A stretch of DNA of 64,000 nt from Planctomycetota bacterium (GCA_016872605.1 VGZI01000002.1:8089-72088), one strand, 5' to 3'; counted from the first letter of the stretch, positions 34,773 through 44,299 are shown. Notes: generated by a model from the letters alone, not told the origin. Numbers and translations: made by a program.

Positions 34773-37013
34773 ATGATGAACGCGACGACCGCAACGCGAT
34801 TACTTGGCATCCTCCTGGCGCTGGGACTTGCCTGGGTCCCCTCATGGCTCGTCACCGAGTCAATCGGTGGCGGTCCCGAGGTCGACATCGTCCAGCGGGC
34901 GCAAGTGCTTAACAGCACGAACGCGTTCTACACGCCGCCGACGGTGCCGCGCGACGATAAGAAGAAGCTGGTCGACGCGCAATTGACCGTTGCGATGACG
35001 GATCATTTAATCGAATCAAAAACGAGCACGTTGGAAAAGCAAATCGTGCAGTTACGCTCCTACAACAACAAAATCGTCGGGCCCACCATTCGCGTTCGGC
35101 CGGGCGACACCTTGAAGATCAAGCTCGACAACAAGATTCCACTTGCCGAGAAGGAAGCCCTGTTCGGCAAAGGGCACAATCGGCCCAACGGCGCCAACAT
35201 CACCAATCTGCATCCGCACGGACTGAAAGTTTCGCCCCGGCGCCCCGCGGACGACGTCTTCATCGAGGTTGGGCCGCAGCAGTCGTTTGCTTATGAGTTC
35301 AAGATTCCCGAGGATCACCCGGCCGGGACGTTCTGGTATCATCCGCATCGGCACGGGTCGGCGGCGTTTCAGTTGTGCAGCGGTCTGGCCGGCGCCCTCA
35401 TCGTCGATCCCGGCGCGGCGGGCGGCCTGGACGATGTGCCCGAAATCAAAGCCGCCATGCAAGACGGCCGCGAGAAGATCCTTGTTTTCCAGGACCTGAC
35501 CTACAGCCGCACCTTGGCGGAGAACAAGAAGGCAGTCGTGCGCGAACATGACGCTTACACCATCGACCCTCGCATGGACGGCAAGACGCAGTTCCCGCGC
35601 ATCGTGATCAACGGCGTGTTATCTCCGGTCATCACCATGAAACCCGGCGAGGTGCAGCGGTGGCGCTGCGTGTTTGCCGGCATCACGCAGACGCTGAAGC
35701 TTGCCATCGAAGATCGCAGCGACCCGCGCCGCCGTCTCAAGCTGCATGAGATTGCCGTCGACGGCTTGCCGCTCGGAACGATGAACGAGCAGGGTTTCGT
35801 CATACTGCAACCGGGCAACCGCTCGGACTTTCTGGTGCAGGCCCCGGAGACGCCGGGCGAGTATCTTCTCTTGACCACGTCCGTCGAACAGATCGACAAC
35901 AACCGGTCGCTCGATCAAACCAAAAACGTCTATCTGGCACGCGTCAAGATCGAAGGGCCCAAGACGCCGATGAAGCTGCCCGACCCCAAGGCGCTGGCCA
36001 AATACCGCCTCCCGTGGGTGCAGGACAGCGAAATCAAAGTGGAGCGAGAACTGGTTTTCAAAGGCCACGAGTTGATGATCAAGGGCAAGGACATCAAGGA
36101 CCCGAAATGGGTGAAGTTCGATGCCGACCGCGTGGACATCCGCTGCGAGCTTGGCACGGCTGAGCAATGGGTGCTTCGCTCCGAAGGGGACCCGCATCCG
36201 TTCCATATTCACGTCAATCCGTTTGAAGTGATCGCGGGAGGCAAAAGCAACACGCGCGTCTGGCGCGATACTGTTCTCGTTCCTCCGGGTGCGAAGAACG
36301 CTGTGACGATCCGCATGCGCTTTGAGCGATTCGACGGCCGCGCCGTGTTGCACTGCCACAATCTCGATCACGAAGATCAAGGCATGATGATGATTGTGGA
36401 CATCGTGAAGCCCGGCCAGGCGCCGGCGCCGAAGAAGCAAGCGGGGTTGCCGAATGTCCCGATGGCGGCGCCGGACTGGAAGTTGTTTGACGGTCAAGGG
36501 CGCACGCACACGCTCAGCGACTTCGCGGGACGCGATCTCGTATTGGTCTTTTCACGTGGCCCATACTGCAGCCATTGCATGACGCAACTTCACGAGTTCG
36601 CGCGAAGGCACGCCGATTTTGCCAAGGCGAACACAACTGTTGTCGCCGTTTGCCCAGAAACTCCAGCGGAATTGCGCGATGCGCTCGCGTCGATGCCTCT
36701 CGCTCAGCGATTGCCGTTTCTTGTGCTGGCCGACGCTGAGCAAGCGGCTTTTGCGAAGTATGGTTGTCGCTCGGATCGGCTCCTGCATGGCGTCTTTCAT
36801 ATCGATCCGTCCGGCACGGTCCGTTGGCAAACCGTCGGCGACGAAGATGTTTTTCTGGGCGCTTGTCGCATTGAACTTGGGAATCTTGGCGAAATCAAGA
36901 AAGTCGGGCAAGCACGTTCGTTAGCCGGACGCGCCAGCGACGGACGCGATTATCCGTCGCTGGCGAGTCCGGCTAACGGGTCGCATCAAATCGGAATTGA
37001 TACCGCGCTTTGA
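34773..37013 (+). CDS. Multicopper oxidase fused to a C-terminal CxxC redoxin (AhpC/TSA-like) domain
   Basis: Copper ligand motifs HPHG, WYHPHRHG, HPFHIHVNPFEV and HCHNLDHEDQGMM. C-terminal ~200 aa: FDGQGRTHTLSDFAGRDLVLVFSRGPYCSHCMTQL. Confidence 0.85.
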   Translation: MMNATTATRLLGILLALGLAWVPSWLVTESIGGGPEVDIVQRAQVLNSTNAFYTPPTVPRDDKKKLVDAQLTVAMTDHLIESKTSTLEKQIVQLRSYNNKIVGPTIRVRPGDTLKIKLDNKIPLAEKEALFGKGHNRPNGANITNLHPHGLKVSPRRPADDVFIEVGPQQSFAYEFKIPEDHPAGTFWYHPHRHGSAAFQLCSGLAGALIVDPGAAGGLDDVPEIKAAMQDGREKILVFQDLTYSRTLAENKKAVVREHDAYTIDPRMDGKTQFPRIVINGVLSPVITMKPGEVQRWRCVFAGITQTLKLAIEDRSDPRRRLKLHEIAVDGLPLGTMNEQGFVILQPGNRSDFLVQAPETPGEYLLLTTSVEQIDNNRSLDQTKNVYLARVKIEGPKTPMKLPDPKALAKYRLPWVQDSEIKVERELVFKGHELMIKGKDIKDPKWVKFDADRVDIRCELGTAEQWVLRSEGDPHPFHIHVNPFEVIAGGKSNTRVWRDTVLVPPGAKNAVTIRMRFERFDGRAVLHCHNLDHEDQGMMMIVDIVKPGQAPAPKKQAGLPNVPMAAPDWKLFDGQGRTHTLSDFAGRDLVLVFSRGPYCSHCMTQLHEFARRHADFAKANTTVVAVCPETPAELRDALASMPLAQRLPFLVLADAEQAAFAKYGCRSDRLLHGVFHIDPSGTVRWQTVGDEDVFLGACRIELGNLGEIKKVGQARSLAGRASDGRDYPSLASPANGSHQIGIDTAL

Positions 37014-37063
37014 CTTTGGGTATAACCCAACCGGCAAAAACTCGCCCGGCAGGAGGCCCGTCG

Positions 37064-38350
37064 ATGCGCAAGCTCTGGCTGATCGTTCCCGTCGCCGTTC
37101 TCGGCATCCTCTACTATACCTCGGCCCAGACGGTGCCCGTTGGACCGCCGCCAACACCTCCAACCCCGGCGCTTGGCGATATCGGCAAAACCGACAGGGC
37201 AAAAACGCCTGGTATGCCCAAGCTCTCGGAAGACTCTGAGCCGATCCGCTTCAGCGCTCAGCTAGGCTCGAACTGGCTCAAGCGCGCCGTGACGGCGGAG
37301 GGCCGATTCGTGTACGGATTTCAGCCGGCGCTGCGCGTGGAACTCGACGGCGACAACTTCGTCAGCCAGGCCGGCGCCGCGTTTGCGTTGGCGCGTTCGG
37401 CACGTGTGTTCCGCGATCAGGAAGGGACCGCGCGGGCACGCCAAGTGCTTTTGACGCTGCTCAATCTCGAAACGATTATCGATCCGGACGACGCGACCAA
37501 GTCGGCTCGATTCTGTGCTGCCCCGCCTCAAGCTGTGAATCGCTTGTCCAGCAACGGCCTGCTCATCTCGGCTGTCCACGAACTCGATGGGCACGACAAG
37601 AGCCCGAAAGACCTGTTGCGCATGGCCGACGAATTGTGCAATCACGTGCGCCAGTTGCAGCGACCCGACGGCTCGCTGGCCATCACGGCGAACGGCGCGG
37701 TGCTCAAGAGCGGCTCCGACGAATTCGACGCGTATCACGCCGGCTTGGGTCTCCAGGGCATTATTCGCAGCCAGCGCCTCGGTCCCGCGGAGTGGAAGCT
37801 CGAGATGCTCCGCAAGGCCCGCACACACTACCTGGCCCAATGGTCGGCGCGCAAGAACGTCGGCGCCGCGTGCAGTCATGTGCCTGCCTATGCCGAGGCG
37901 TTTATTCGTACCAACGATCCGGCGTTCAAAGAGGCGGTTTTCGCGATGACCGACTGGCTGATCGGTTTACAATACCGTGAGGATCTGGACGCCGTGCGCG
38001 GCCAATGGGCAGGCGGATTCCCGCGCTACCGCGATGGGCGAGTCGAGGCGGTCGCTCCCGACATTCAGTCCGCGCTGCCGACGGAAGCGCTCGCCGAGGC
38101 GTGCCGCGTGGCCAAACATGCCGGCGACCTGGCCAAATTGCGCGACTACGAGCGGGCGATGGTGCTCAATGCCCGCTTTCTGATGAAATTGCAGTACACC
38201 GCCGAGAAGACGAACCACTTCATCGACCGTTTCCGCCCCTATGTGTTGGGGGGATTTTACGTGTCGCCGCAGGACGGGAATCTGCGCATCGACGCCACTC
38301 AATACGCCCTTGCCGGCATGGCGATTTATCTCGACGCTGTCGCGGAATAG
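37064..38350 (+). CDS. Secreted protein of unknown function (possibly alpha/alpha-toroid-like)
   Basis: AGGAGG RBS and signal peptide MRKLWLIVPVAVLGILYY. Helical repeat character. The fold call is a weak guess. Confidence 0.55.
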   Translation: MRKLWLIVPVAVLGILYYTSAQTVPVGPPPTPPTPALGDIGKTDRAKTPGMPKLSEDSEPIRFSAQLGSNWLKRAVTAEGRFVYGFQPALRVELDGDNFVSQAGAAFALARSARVFRDQEGTARARQVLLTLLNLETIIDPDDATKSARFCAAPPQAVNRLSSNGLLISAVHELDGHDKSPKDLLRMADELCNHVRQLQRPDGSLAITANGAVLKSGSDEFDAYHAGLGLQGIIRSQRLGPAEWKLEMLRKARTHYLAQWSARKNVGAACSHVPAYAEAFIRTNDPAFKEAVFAMTDWLIGLQYREDLDAVRGQWAGGFPRYRDGRVEAVAPDIQSALPTEALAEACRVAKHAGDLAKLRDYERAMVLNARFLMKLQYTAEKTNHFIDRFRPYVLGGFYVSPQDGNLRIDATQYALAGMAIYLDAVAE

Positions 38351-38356
38351 CACAGG

Positions 38357-38470
38357 GCAGAAGTCAGAACTCAGAACTCAGAAGTCAGGGGGCAGAAAAG
38401 TGCATCCGATGGTGAGGTGAAGTGTGCAGCTTTCGTCTGTGATCTCTGATCTCTGACTTCTGACCTCTGG
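38357..38470. repeat. Second inverted pair of heptamer arrays, (TCAGRRR)n and (YYYCTGA)n
   Basis: 38357-38398 reads GCAGAAG TCAGAAC TCAGAAC TCAGAAG TCAGGGG. In 38436-38470, the reverse complement of 38438-38470 shares its first 26 nt with 10382-10407. Confidence 0.85.
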
Positions 38471-38596
38471 TACTTGGCCGACCGTTCGTCCGCATCGGGA
38501 GGAATGGCCGCGACTGCCCGTACGTCGTATACTGCCTTTTTCCCGCGCTTGCGCCGCTTTTGAATTCTGGCGGCGCCGGATACTGGTTTGGGAACC

Positions 38597-39619
38597 ATGA
38601 GCGAAGAACGTCCCCCATCGCCGCGACCTCGCTGCCGTCGTCTGACCGGCGTGCGCATCCTGGCGACGGGAAGCTACGTCCCGGACGCGGTGATCTCGAA
38701 CGACCATCTGCATCAGCGTCTCGGCTTTGACTCCGACTGGATCATGAAGCGAACCGGCATCCTGGAACGCCGGCATGCACTGCCCCACCAGGCCACCAGC
38801 GATCTCTGCTTCGAGGCGGCCAAGCGCTGCATCGACTCTGCCGGCGTCAATCCCGCCGAGATCGACCTGTGCCTGCTCGCTACCTTCACGCCTGACTTCT
38901 CCTTCCCGTCGACGGCGTGCCTGGTGCAGGACCAGCTCAAACTGACGTGCCCGGCAATGGATATTCAGGCCGCGTGCGCCGGCTTCATGTATGCACTCAT
39001 CACCGGGGCGGCGTATGTCGCCTCCGGGGCCAGCAATCTGGCGTTGATTATCGGCGGCGACGCCAACTCACGCATCGTCAATCCCGACGACATCAAGACT
39101 TACCCGCTCTTCGGCGATGGCGCGGGCGCGGTCCTGCTGACCCGCGGCCGACCCGACCAGGGCATCCTCAGCTACAGCATGGGGGCCGATGGCTCCGGCG
39201 GCGACCTGTTGAGCCGACCCGCCTGCGGCAGCCGCATGCCGCCGACGCCCGAAGCTTTGCAGAAGGGCCTGCATTTCATGTACATGGACGGACGAGCTGT
39301 CTTTCGCTGGGCCGTCGCTATTATGTGCGACACGATTCAGGATGTGCTCAATCATGCCGGCATGACCACCGATCAAGTTAGTCTTTATCTGCCGCATCAG
39401 GCGAACATCCGCATCGTCAACGCCGCCATCGACGTGCTCAAGATTCCGCGCAACCGCGTGTTCAACAACCTCGAGCGCTACGGCAACACGTCCGCGGGTT
39501 CCATTCCGCTCGTTCTCGACGAAGCCATGCAGGAAGGCCGCATCAAGCCGAACGATCTCGTAGTCCTGAGCGGTTTCGGCGCCGGCCTCGCCTGGGGCAC
39601 TGCGCTCATGCGCTGGTAA
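38597..39619 (+). CDS. fabH: Beta-ketoacyl-ACP synthase III
   Basis: Active-site Cys in QAACAGFMYAL, plus HQANIRI and GNTSAGSIP. Confidence 0.92.
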   Translation: MSEERPPSPRPRCRRLTGVRILATGSYVPDAVISNDHLHQRLGFDSDWIMKRTGILERRHALPHQATSDLCFEAAKRCIDSAGVNPAEIDLCLLATFTPDFSFPSTACLVQDQLKLTCPAMDIQAACAGFMYALITGAAYVASGASNLALIIGGDANSRIVNPDDIKTYPLFGDGAGAVLLTRGRPDQGILSYSMGADGSGGDLLSRPACGSRMPPTPEALQKGLHFMYMDGRAVFRWAVAIMCDTIQDVLNHAGMTTDQVSLYLPHQANIRIVNAAIDVLKIPRNRVFNNLERYGNTSAGSIPLVLDEAMQEGRIKPNDLVVLSGFGAGLAWGTALMRW

Positions 39620-39621
39620 CG

Positions 39622-39677
39622 TCAGAGCCTGAAGCGTAAGCGAAGGATTCTCAGAGCCTGAAGCGTAAGCGAAGGAT
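39622..39677 (+). repeat. Two direct copies of the TCAGAGCCTGAAGCGTAAGCGAAGGAT arm (period 29 nt)
   Basis: 39622-39648 is identical to 39651-39677. It is the same arm family as the hairpins at 25605 and 28741, but here the copies are direct and start 3 nt after the fabH stop. Confidence 0.9.
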
Positions 39678-39697
39678 GCACCGGCACGGAGGCCGTC

Positions 39698-40588
39698 ATG
39701 TCATTGGCAATGGATGCGTGCGAGCCCGTCACAGCGCCGGCCATCGTCTGGGAAGAAACGCCCTGCCTCTTGTGCGGCGTTTCCGAGCCGCTGCCGATCC
39801 TCGAAGCCGACGACGCATACGCATCTCGTATGCGATTTCTCCTGGTTCGGTGCAGGACGTGCGGTCTGTGTTTCACGAATCCACGGCCTGATCCAGCGAG
39901 CATTCGCGCGTTCTATCCTGCCGACTATCGTTGCCATCAGAAGAAGAATGAGAGAGGTGCTACTTGGCAGACCGAGCTCGTGCTTGCCGCGCTCCCGACG
40001 CCGAGGCAGGGTCGCCTGCTCGATTTCGGCTGCGGGTCCGGCGGATTTGTGCGCCGAATGCGCACGCTCGGCTGGGACGCGATCGGCCTGGACGCGGTGG
40101 AGAATGCCGCCACTAGTACATTCGACGTGCCTGTATTCGTCGGCACGCTGCCTCATCCGAATTGGACGTCTCCGTGCTTTGACGTCATCACGATGTGGCA
40201 ATCGCTTGAACATGTCCATCAGCCGTTGGAAGTGCTACGGGCGGCCCGACAGGTCCTCGTTCCCGGCGGAAAGCTGATCGTGACCGTGCCGAACTTCGAT
40301 AGTCTTGCGTCGGGCTGGTTCGGGCCGAATTGGTACGGGCTCGACGTGCCCAGACACCTGACCCATTTCACGCCGGCGACACTGGAACGCATGCTCGTCG
40401 CCACGGGCTTTTCTTCCGTCCGAGTTGATCAACGCCAGCACAACAGCTGGATACGCCACTGTGCCGCACGCGCCGGAGGCGGCTGGTTGGAGACACGCTG
40501 GGGCTCGCGGCTCATGGGGTGGTGGGGCCGACTAACGGGACGTGCCGAATCGCTACTCGCCGTTGCAAGGGCATTGCCCGTTTCATGA
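39698..40588 (+). CDS. Class I SAM-dependent methyltransferase with an N-terminal zinc ribbon
   Basis: CLLCG..CRTCGLCF, and motif I LLDFGCGSGGF. Confidence 0.85.
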   Translation: MSLAMDACEPVTAPAIVWEETPCLLCGVSEPLPILEADDAYASRMRFLLVRCRTCGLCFTNPRPDPASIRAFYPADYRCHQKKNERGATWQTELVLAALPTPRQGRLLDFGCGSGGFVRRMRTLGWDAIGLDAVENAATSTFDVPVFVGTLPHPNWTSPCFDVITMWQSLEHVHQPLEVLRAARQVLVPGGKLIVTVPNFDSLASGWFGPNWYGLDVPRHLTHFTPATLERMLVATGFSSVRVDQRQHNSWIRHCAARAGGGWLETRWGSRLMGWWGRLTGRAESLLAVARALPVS

Positions 40589-40970
40589 CACATAGAATGA
40601 GAGTGCCCAGTTTCTCGGTTCCCCACAAGGAGGGCCGGGGCCGATTCTGCCATGGACGTTTTCTGCCCGACTGTCAATAGCTCCCGCCCGGCTTCCGGCT
40701 CGGCAGGAGCCTCGCCCTCCCGTAGCATCGCCAAGCGCTTTTTTTGACGAATGCTAGCAGGGTCAATCATGGACACGATTCGTTTTATCACGCTCCATCC
40801 AGGGCATTTTCACGCGTCCCTGGTGCGGAAGGAGATGGTCGACGAGGTCTCGCCCCTCGTTCACGTGGTTGGGCCGCTCGGACCCGACCTCATTGCGCAC
40901 CTGGGGCGAATCGCGGGTTTCAACACGCGCGGGTGTTTCGCCGACAACGTGGGAGTTAGAAGTACACGCG

Positions 40971-41069
40971 GGCCGGCTCCTAGTAGTGGCGAGTGACGAG
41001 TGGAGAGTGGCGAGAGAGGAAGTCCAATCTTATTCTCGCCACTCTCCACTCGCACTCGCCACTCTCCAC
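40971..41069 (-). repeat. Hairpin element type A, inverted copy
   Basis: 40981-41069 is the exact reverse complement of 41372-41460 (89/89). The identity extends 10 nt further (GGCCGGCTCC). The arms are heptamers TGGCGAG TGACGAG TGGAGAG TGGCGAG. Confidence 0.9.
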
Positions 41070-41156
41070 TGGCATGAGCGTGCTGGCCGACAAGCCGTGG
41101 ATTCTCGTGCCGGAGGACCTGCCCAAGCTGCGGCGAGCCCTTGACCTAGCCGCCGT

Positions 41157-41244
41157 GTGAGTGACGAGTGGTGAGTGCGAGTGGTGAGAATAAGATTGGA
41201 CTTCTTCTCTCGCCACTCACCACTCGTCACTCACCACTACCATG
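41157..41244 (+). repeat. Hairpin element type B, copy 1
   Basis: Identical to 41530-41617 (88/88). Shares the loop AATAAGATTGGACTTC with type A. Confidence 0.9.
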
Positions 41245-41371
41245 TTTGCAGCGGGCACTGGTGCAGGACGAGGCCACGTTCGGCACGATGATCGCCGGCT
41301 CACCGGAGGATCCGGGCGTCTCGATGGAGAGCGTTCATTTTTTGAAGAAGCTGGTGGCGGACGCTGGTCCG

Positions 41372-41470
41372 GTGGAGAGTGGCGAGTGCGAGTGGAGAGT
41401 GGCGAGAATAAGATTGGACTTCCTCTCTCGCCACTCTCCACTCGTCACTCGCCACTACTAGGAGCCGGCC
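41372..41470 (+). repeat. Hairpin element type A, forward copy
   Basis: See 40971-41069. Confidence 0.9.
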
Positions 41471-41529
41471 TGGTTCTTCGACGTTCATCAGCAAGGCGAG
41501 GCGCTCAGCGACGTGGGCACGACTTGGTG

Positions 41530-41617
41530 GTGAGTGACGAGTGGTGAGTGCGAGTGGTGAGAATAAGATTGGACTTCTTCTCTCGCCACTCACCACTCGT
41601 CACTCACCACTACCATG
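41530..41617 (+). repeat. Hairpin element type B, copy 2
   Basis: See 41157-41244. It is a direct repeat 373 nt downstream of copy 1. Confidence 0.9.
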
Positions 41618-42301
41618 GTTGTGCAGTGGATGTTGCACCCCCATCGGCCGGTCGATGTCGATCGCGATGTCAGCATCATGTCCGCCAAGCGTTGGCCGAC
41701 GGTATTGTCGAAGGCCGACTTGCAGGCGATCACCGGCGAGGCCACGCTGCCGCGCTACCTCAACGACACGCTCGATGGCGAGGACCTGCATTATTACTGC
41801 AACTCACTGGTGAATTACTCAATCCAAGGCGTCCATGTCAGGCTCAACGTGCTCTGGGATTTCGAGTCCAGCATTGGCGGCGGCGACACGCACTTCGCGG
41901 TCTTTCGCGGAAGCCGATCGCGCGTCGAAGTCCGCCAGGGGCAGGCGGAGAAGTTTCAGCCGGAGCTATTTATCACGCCGAACCGTATGATGGATTACGG
42001 CTTGGTTCGTCGCGCCGTGGAGCTGCGAGTGCAAGCGATTCAGCCGGAGTATCCGGGGATCAGCGTGATCGACCTGGGCACGCATTTCCGCATCGCAATC
42101 CCCACGGAGTTTCGCGTCGGGCATGAGGCTCATTTCGCGCAGGTCACCAAGCAATTCCTGCGCTACGTTCGCGGCCAGGATCCATTACCCGCTTGGGAGA
42201 AGGCCAATATGATGGCCAAGTATTTCACCACGACACGCGGCGTCGAAGCGAGCCGAACGGCGTCGAATCGGGGCCGGTGACCAACCAGCGAGCGGCAGTA
42301 C

Positions 42302-43096
42302 ATGGCGAGATTCATGGTCAACGCGCGTTACAACCTCCTCGCTGCGGTCGTGTTGTTCGCCACTGGCTGCGGTTTGGCCGACTATCAGGATCGGCTCGAC
42401 CAGCAAGCCGCTCGCGTCCAGAAGTTCGACGAAGCCAACCGGTTGCTCGACGAGCCGATCGAACTGCCTCGAATGCCGGATCCCGCAGATCCGAATACGG
42501 AAAAGAATGCCTGGCCTTTCGATCCCTATCTTCGCCTGCCTCGAGGGTACTCAGCACTCCCGAAAGAAAAGACGCCCTACCCGGACCGATTCACGATGTT
42601 CCGCTATGCCGGCGGAGGCGAAGGAGCGACGGCGATATTCGTGACGGCCGCCTGGGTGGCGAGCGGCAAAGACGCCAAGGAAGACGCCGAAACGTTCACG
42701 CCGGCGACGTTCCGCAGCCGGATTGCGGTGGGCTTGGCCGACTATTACGCGAAAGAGTACAAAGGCGTCATCAAATTCACCGACAAGGTCGATCCGCAAC
42801 CGCGCGAAGTCAAAGCGCTCACGTTTTATCCGCATCCAACCAATCCGAGCAAGATCGCCTTCAAGTACTACGCCTACAGCGATCAAGGGCATCGCGAACC
42901 TAAGGACGTCTCGATCTTCGAAGTGTACCTGCGCGAGGAGGCGGGAATGCAGATCGCCATCATCGTGCAACGACCGGTGCAACTCTTGAATCCGACGGGT
43001 TTCACCAAAGCGATCGAGGCATGTCTCGGTTCGCTCGAGCTGGGCAGCAAGACGGACATGAGACGCACGAGTTTCAGAAAGGCGCGAACCCCGTAG
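42302..43096 (+). CDS. Lipoprotein of unknown function
   Basis: Lipobox LFATGCG after a short basic N-terminus. Confidence 0.6.
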   Translation: MARFMVNARYNLLAAVVLFATGCGLADYQDRLDQQAARVQKFDEANRLLDEPIELPRMPDPADPNTEKNAWPFDPYLRLPRGYSALPKEKTPYPDRFTMFRYAGGGEGATAIFVTAAWVASGKDAKEDAETFTPATFRSRIAVGLADYYAKEYKGVIKFTDKVDPQPREVKALTFYPHPTNPSKIAFKYYAYSDQGHREPKDVSIFEVYLREEAGMQIAIIVQRPVQLLNPTGFTKAIEACLGSLELGSKTDMRRTSFRKARTP

Positions 43097-43172
43097 ACGC
43101 GGGTTTGCCATTCAGGGCGTGCCGTAAGATGCCGCAATTTACAGAGAATGGGTAAAATTTTCGAGCAACACC

Positions 43173-43201
43173 TTGTGACCCCGTCGTATTCTCGTATTAT
43201 A
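43173..43201 (+). promoter_or_regulatory. Sigma70-like promoter candidate for the MoxR cluster
   Basis: TTGTGA, 16-17 nt spacer, TATTAT/ATTATA. Confidence 0.4.
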
Positions 43202-43266
43202 ACTCCAATCCCACCCGCCCGGCGGCCCTCTGACCATCCTACTACTCCAACTTGGCTGAAACACCC

Positions 43267-44295
43267 ATGAGCACTGGCATCACGACTACCCCCGTTCCCG
43301 AGTCGGACCTTCAGACCATCGAAACCCTGCGCCACGCGCACAAGCAGATGCGCAGCGAGATCGGCAAGATCATCATCGGCCAGGAAAAAGTTCTCGACGA
43401 ACTCTTGATGGCCATCTTCTGCCGAGGCCACGCGCTTCTCGTCGGCGTGCCCGGCCTGGCCAAGACCCTCATGGTCAGCACGCTAGCGCAGGCGCTCGAC
43501 CTCTCGTTCAAACGCATCCAGTTCACTCCCGACCTGATGCCGACCGACATCACCGGCTCGGAAGTCATTCAGGACGATCCGGTCACTCGGCAGCGCATGT
43601 TCAAGTTCCTGCCCGGCCCGATCTTCGCCAACATCGTTCTCGCCGACGAAATCAACCGCACCCCGCCGAAAACCCAAGCTGCTCTCCTCGAAGCCATGCA
43701 AGAACGAAAAGCATCGATCGGCGGCACCGACTACCCGATGAAGAGCCCCTTCTTCGTTCTCGCCACGCAGAACCCGATCGAGCAGGAAGGAACGTATCCG
43801 CTCCCCGAAGCCCAGCTCGACCGCTTTCTCTTCATGATCAATGTCGAATACCCGACCGATGCCGAGGAAGAGTTGATCATGAAGCAGGGCACGTCCGACG
43901 TGCAGCCGACCGTCACGAAGGTGCTGCATGGTGACGACATCCTCCGGCTGCAACAGATTGTGCGCCGCGTGCCGGTCGCCGATCATGTGTTCCATTACGC
44001 CAAACGGATCACGCGCATGTCGCGGCCGAACACGCCGGACGCAGCCGACTTCGTGAACAAATGGCTGACCTGGGGCGCCGGCCCGCGTGCCTCGATGAAT
44101 CTGATTCTCGCCGCCAAGGCTCACGCACTCCTGAACGGCAAGCACCACGTGTCGGCCGACGACGTCGCCGCCGTGTGCAGCCCGATTCTGCGTCATCGCT
44201 TGATCCTCAACTTCGCCGCCCAAAGCGAAGGCATCAGCGCCGAAGACGTCATCCGCCGCCTGCTCAAGGCCGTGCCCAAGAATATGGCTGCATAG
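43267..44295 (+). CDS. MoxR-family AAA+ ATPase
   Basis: Walker A GVPGLAKT, Walker B LADEINR, and IIGQEKVLDELL. An alternative TTG start lies at 43252. Confidence 0.92.
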   Translation: MSTGITTTPVPESDLQTIETLRHAHKQMRSEIGKIIIGQEKVLDELLMAIFCRGHALLVGVPGLAKTLMVSTLAQALDLSFKRIQFTPDLMPTDITGSEVIQDDPVTRQRMFKFLPGPIFANIVLADEINRTPPKTQAALLEAMQERKASIGGTDYPMKSPFFVLATQNPIEQEGTYPLPEAQLDRFLFMINVEYPTDAEEELIMKQGTSDVQPTVTKVLHGDDILRLQQIVRRVPVADHVFHYAKRITRMSRPNTPDAADFVNKWLTWGAGPRASMNLILAAKAHALLNGKHHVSADDVAAVCSPILRHRLILNFAAQSEGISAEDVIRRLLKAVPKNMAA

Positions 44296-44299
44296 ATTC

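Larger units (their letters stand above)
40751..42280 (+). pseudogene. Oxidoreductase-like gene (GHFH N-terminus plus ~220-aa C-terminal domain) broken by a frameshift and four repeat elements
   Basis: Collinear coding fragments lie in frames 2,0,1,2,2,2: [16 protein letters not shown].. / [11 protein letters not shown] / MSVLADKPWILVPEDL.. / LQRALVQDEATFGT.. / EPAWFFDVHQQGEALSDVGT / 221-aa C-terminus. Stops occur inside the elements. Confidence 0.75.

Noticed and set aside
40971-41617. Possible CRISPR-like array formed by the four repeated elements
   Set aside because: The repeats are 88-99 nt, occur in mixed orientation and fall into two types. The sequences between them are collinear fragments of one protein-coding gene with irregular lengths, and there are no cas genes in the window.
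41372-41617. Elements as in-frame bypassed or spliced insertions (byp-like hopping, intron or intein)
   Set aside because: The flanking coding fragments lie in different frames at three junctions, and there is an additional frameshift near 40930. Protein segments appear to be missing, and I found no matching take-off and landing codons in the right frame. Simple pseudogenisation is more parsimonious, though RNA-level data would settle it.
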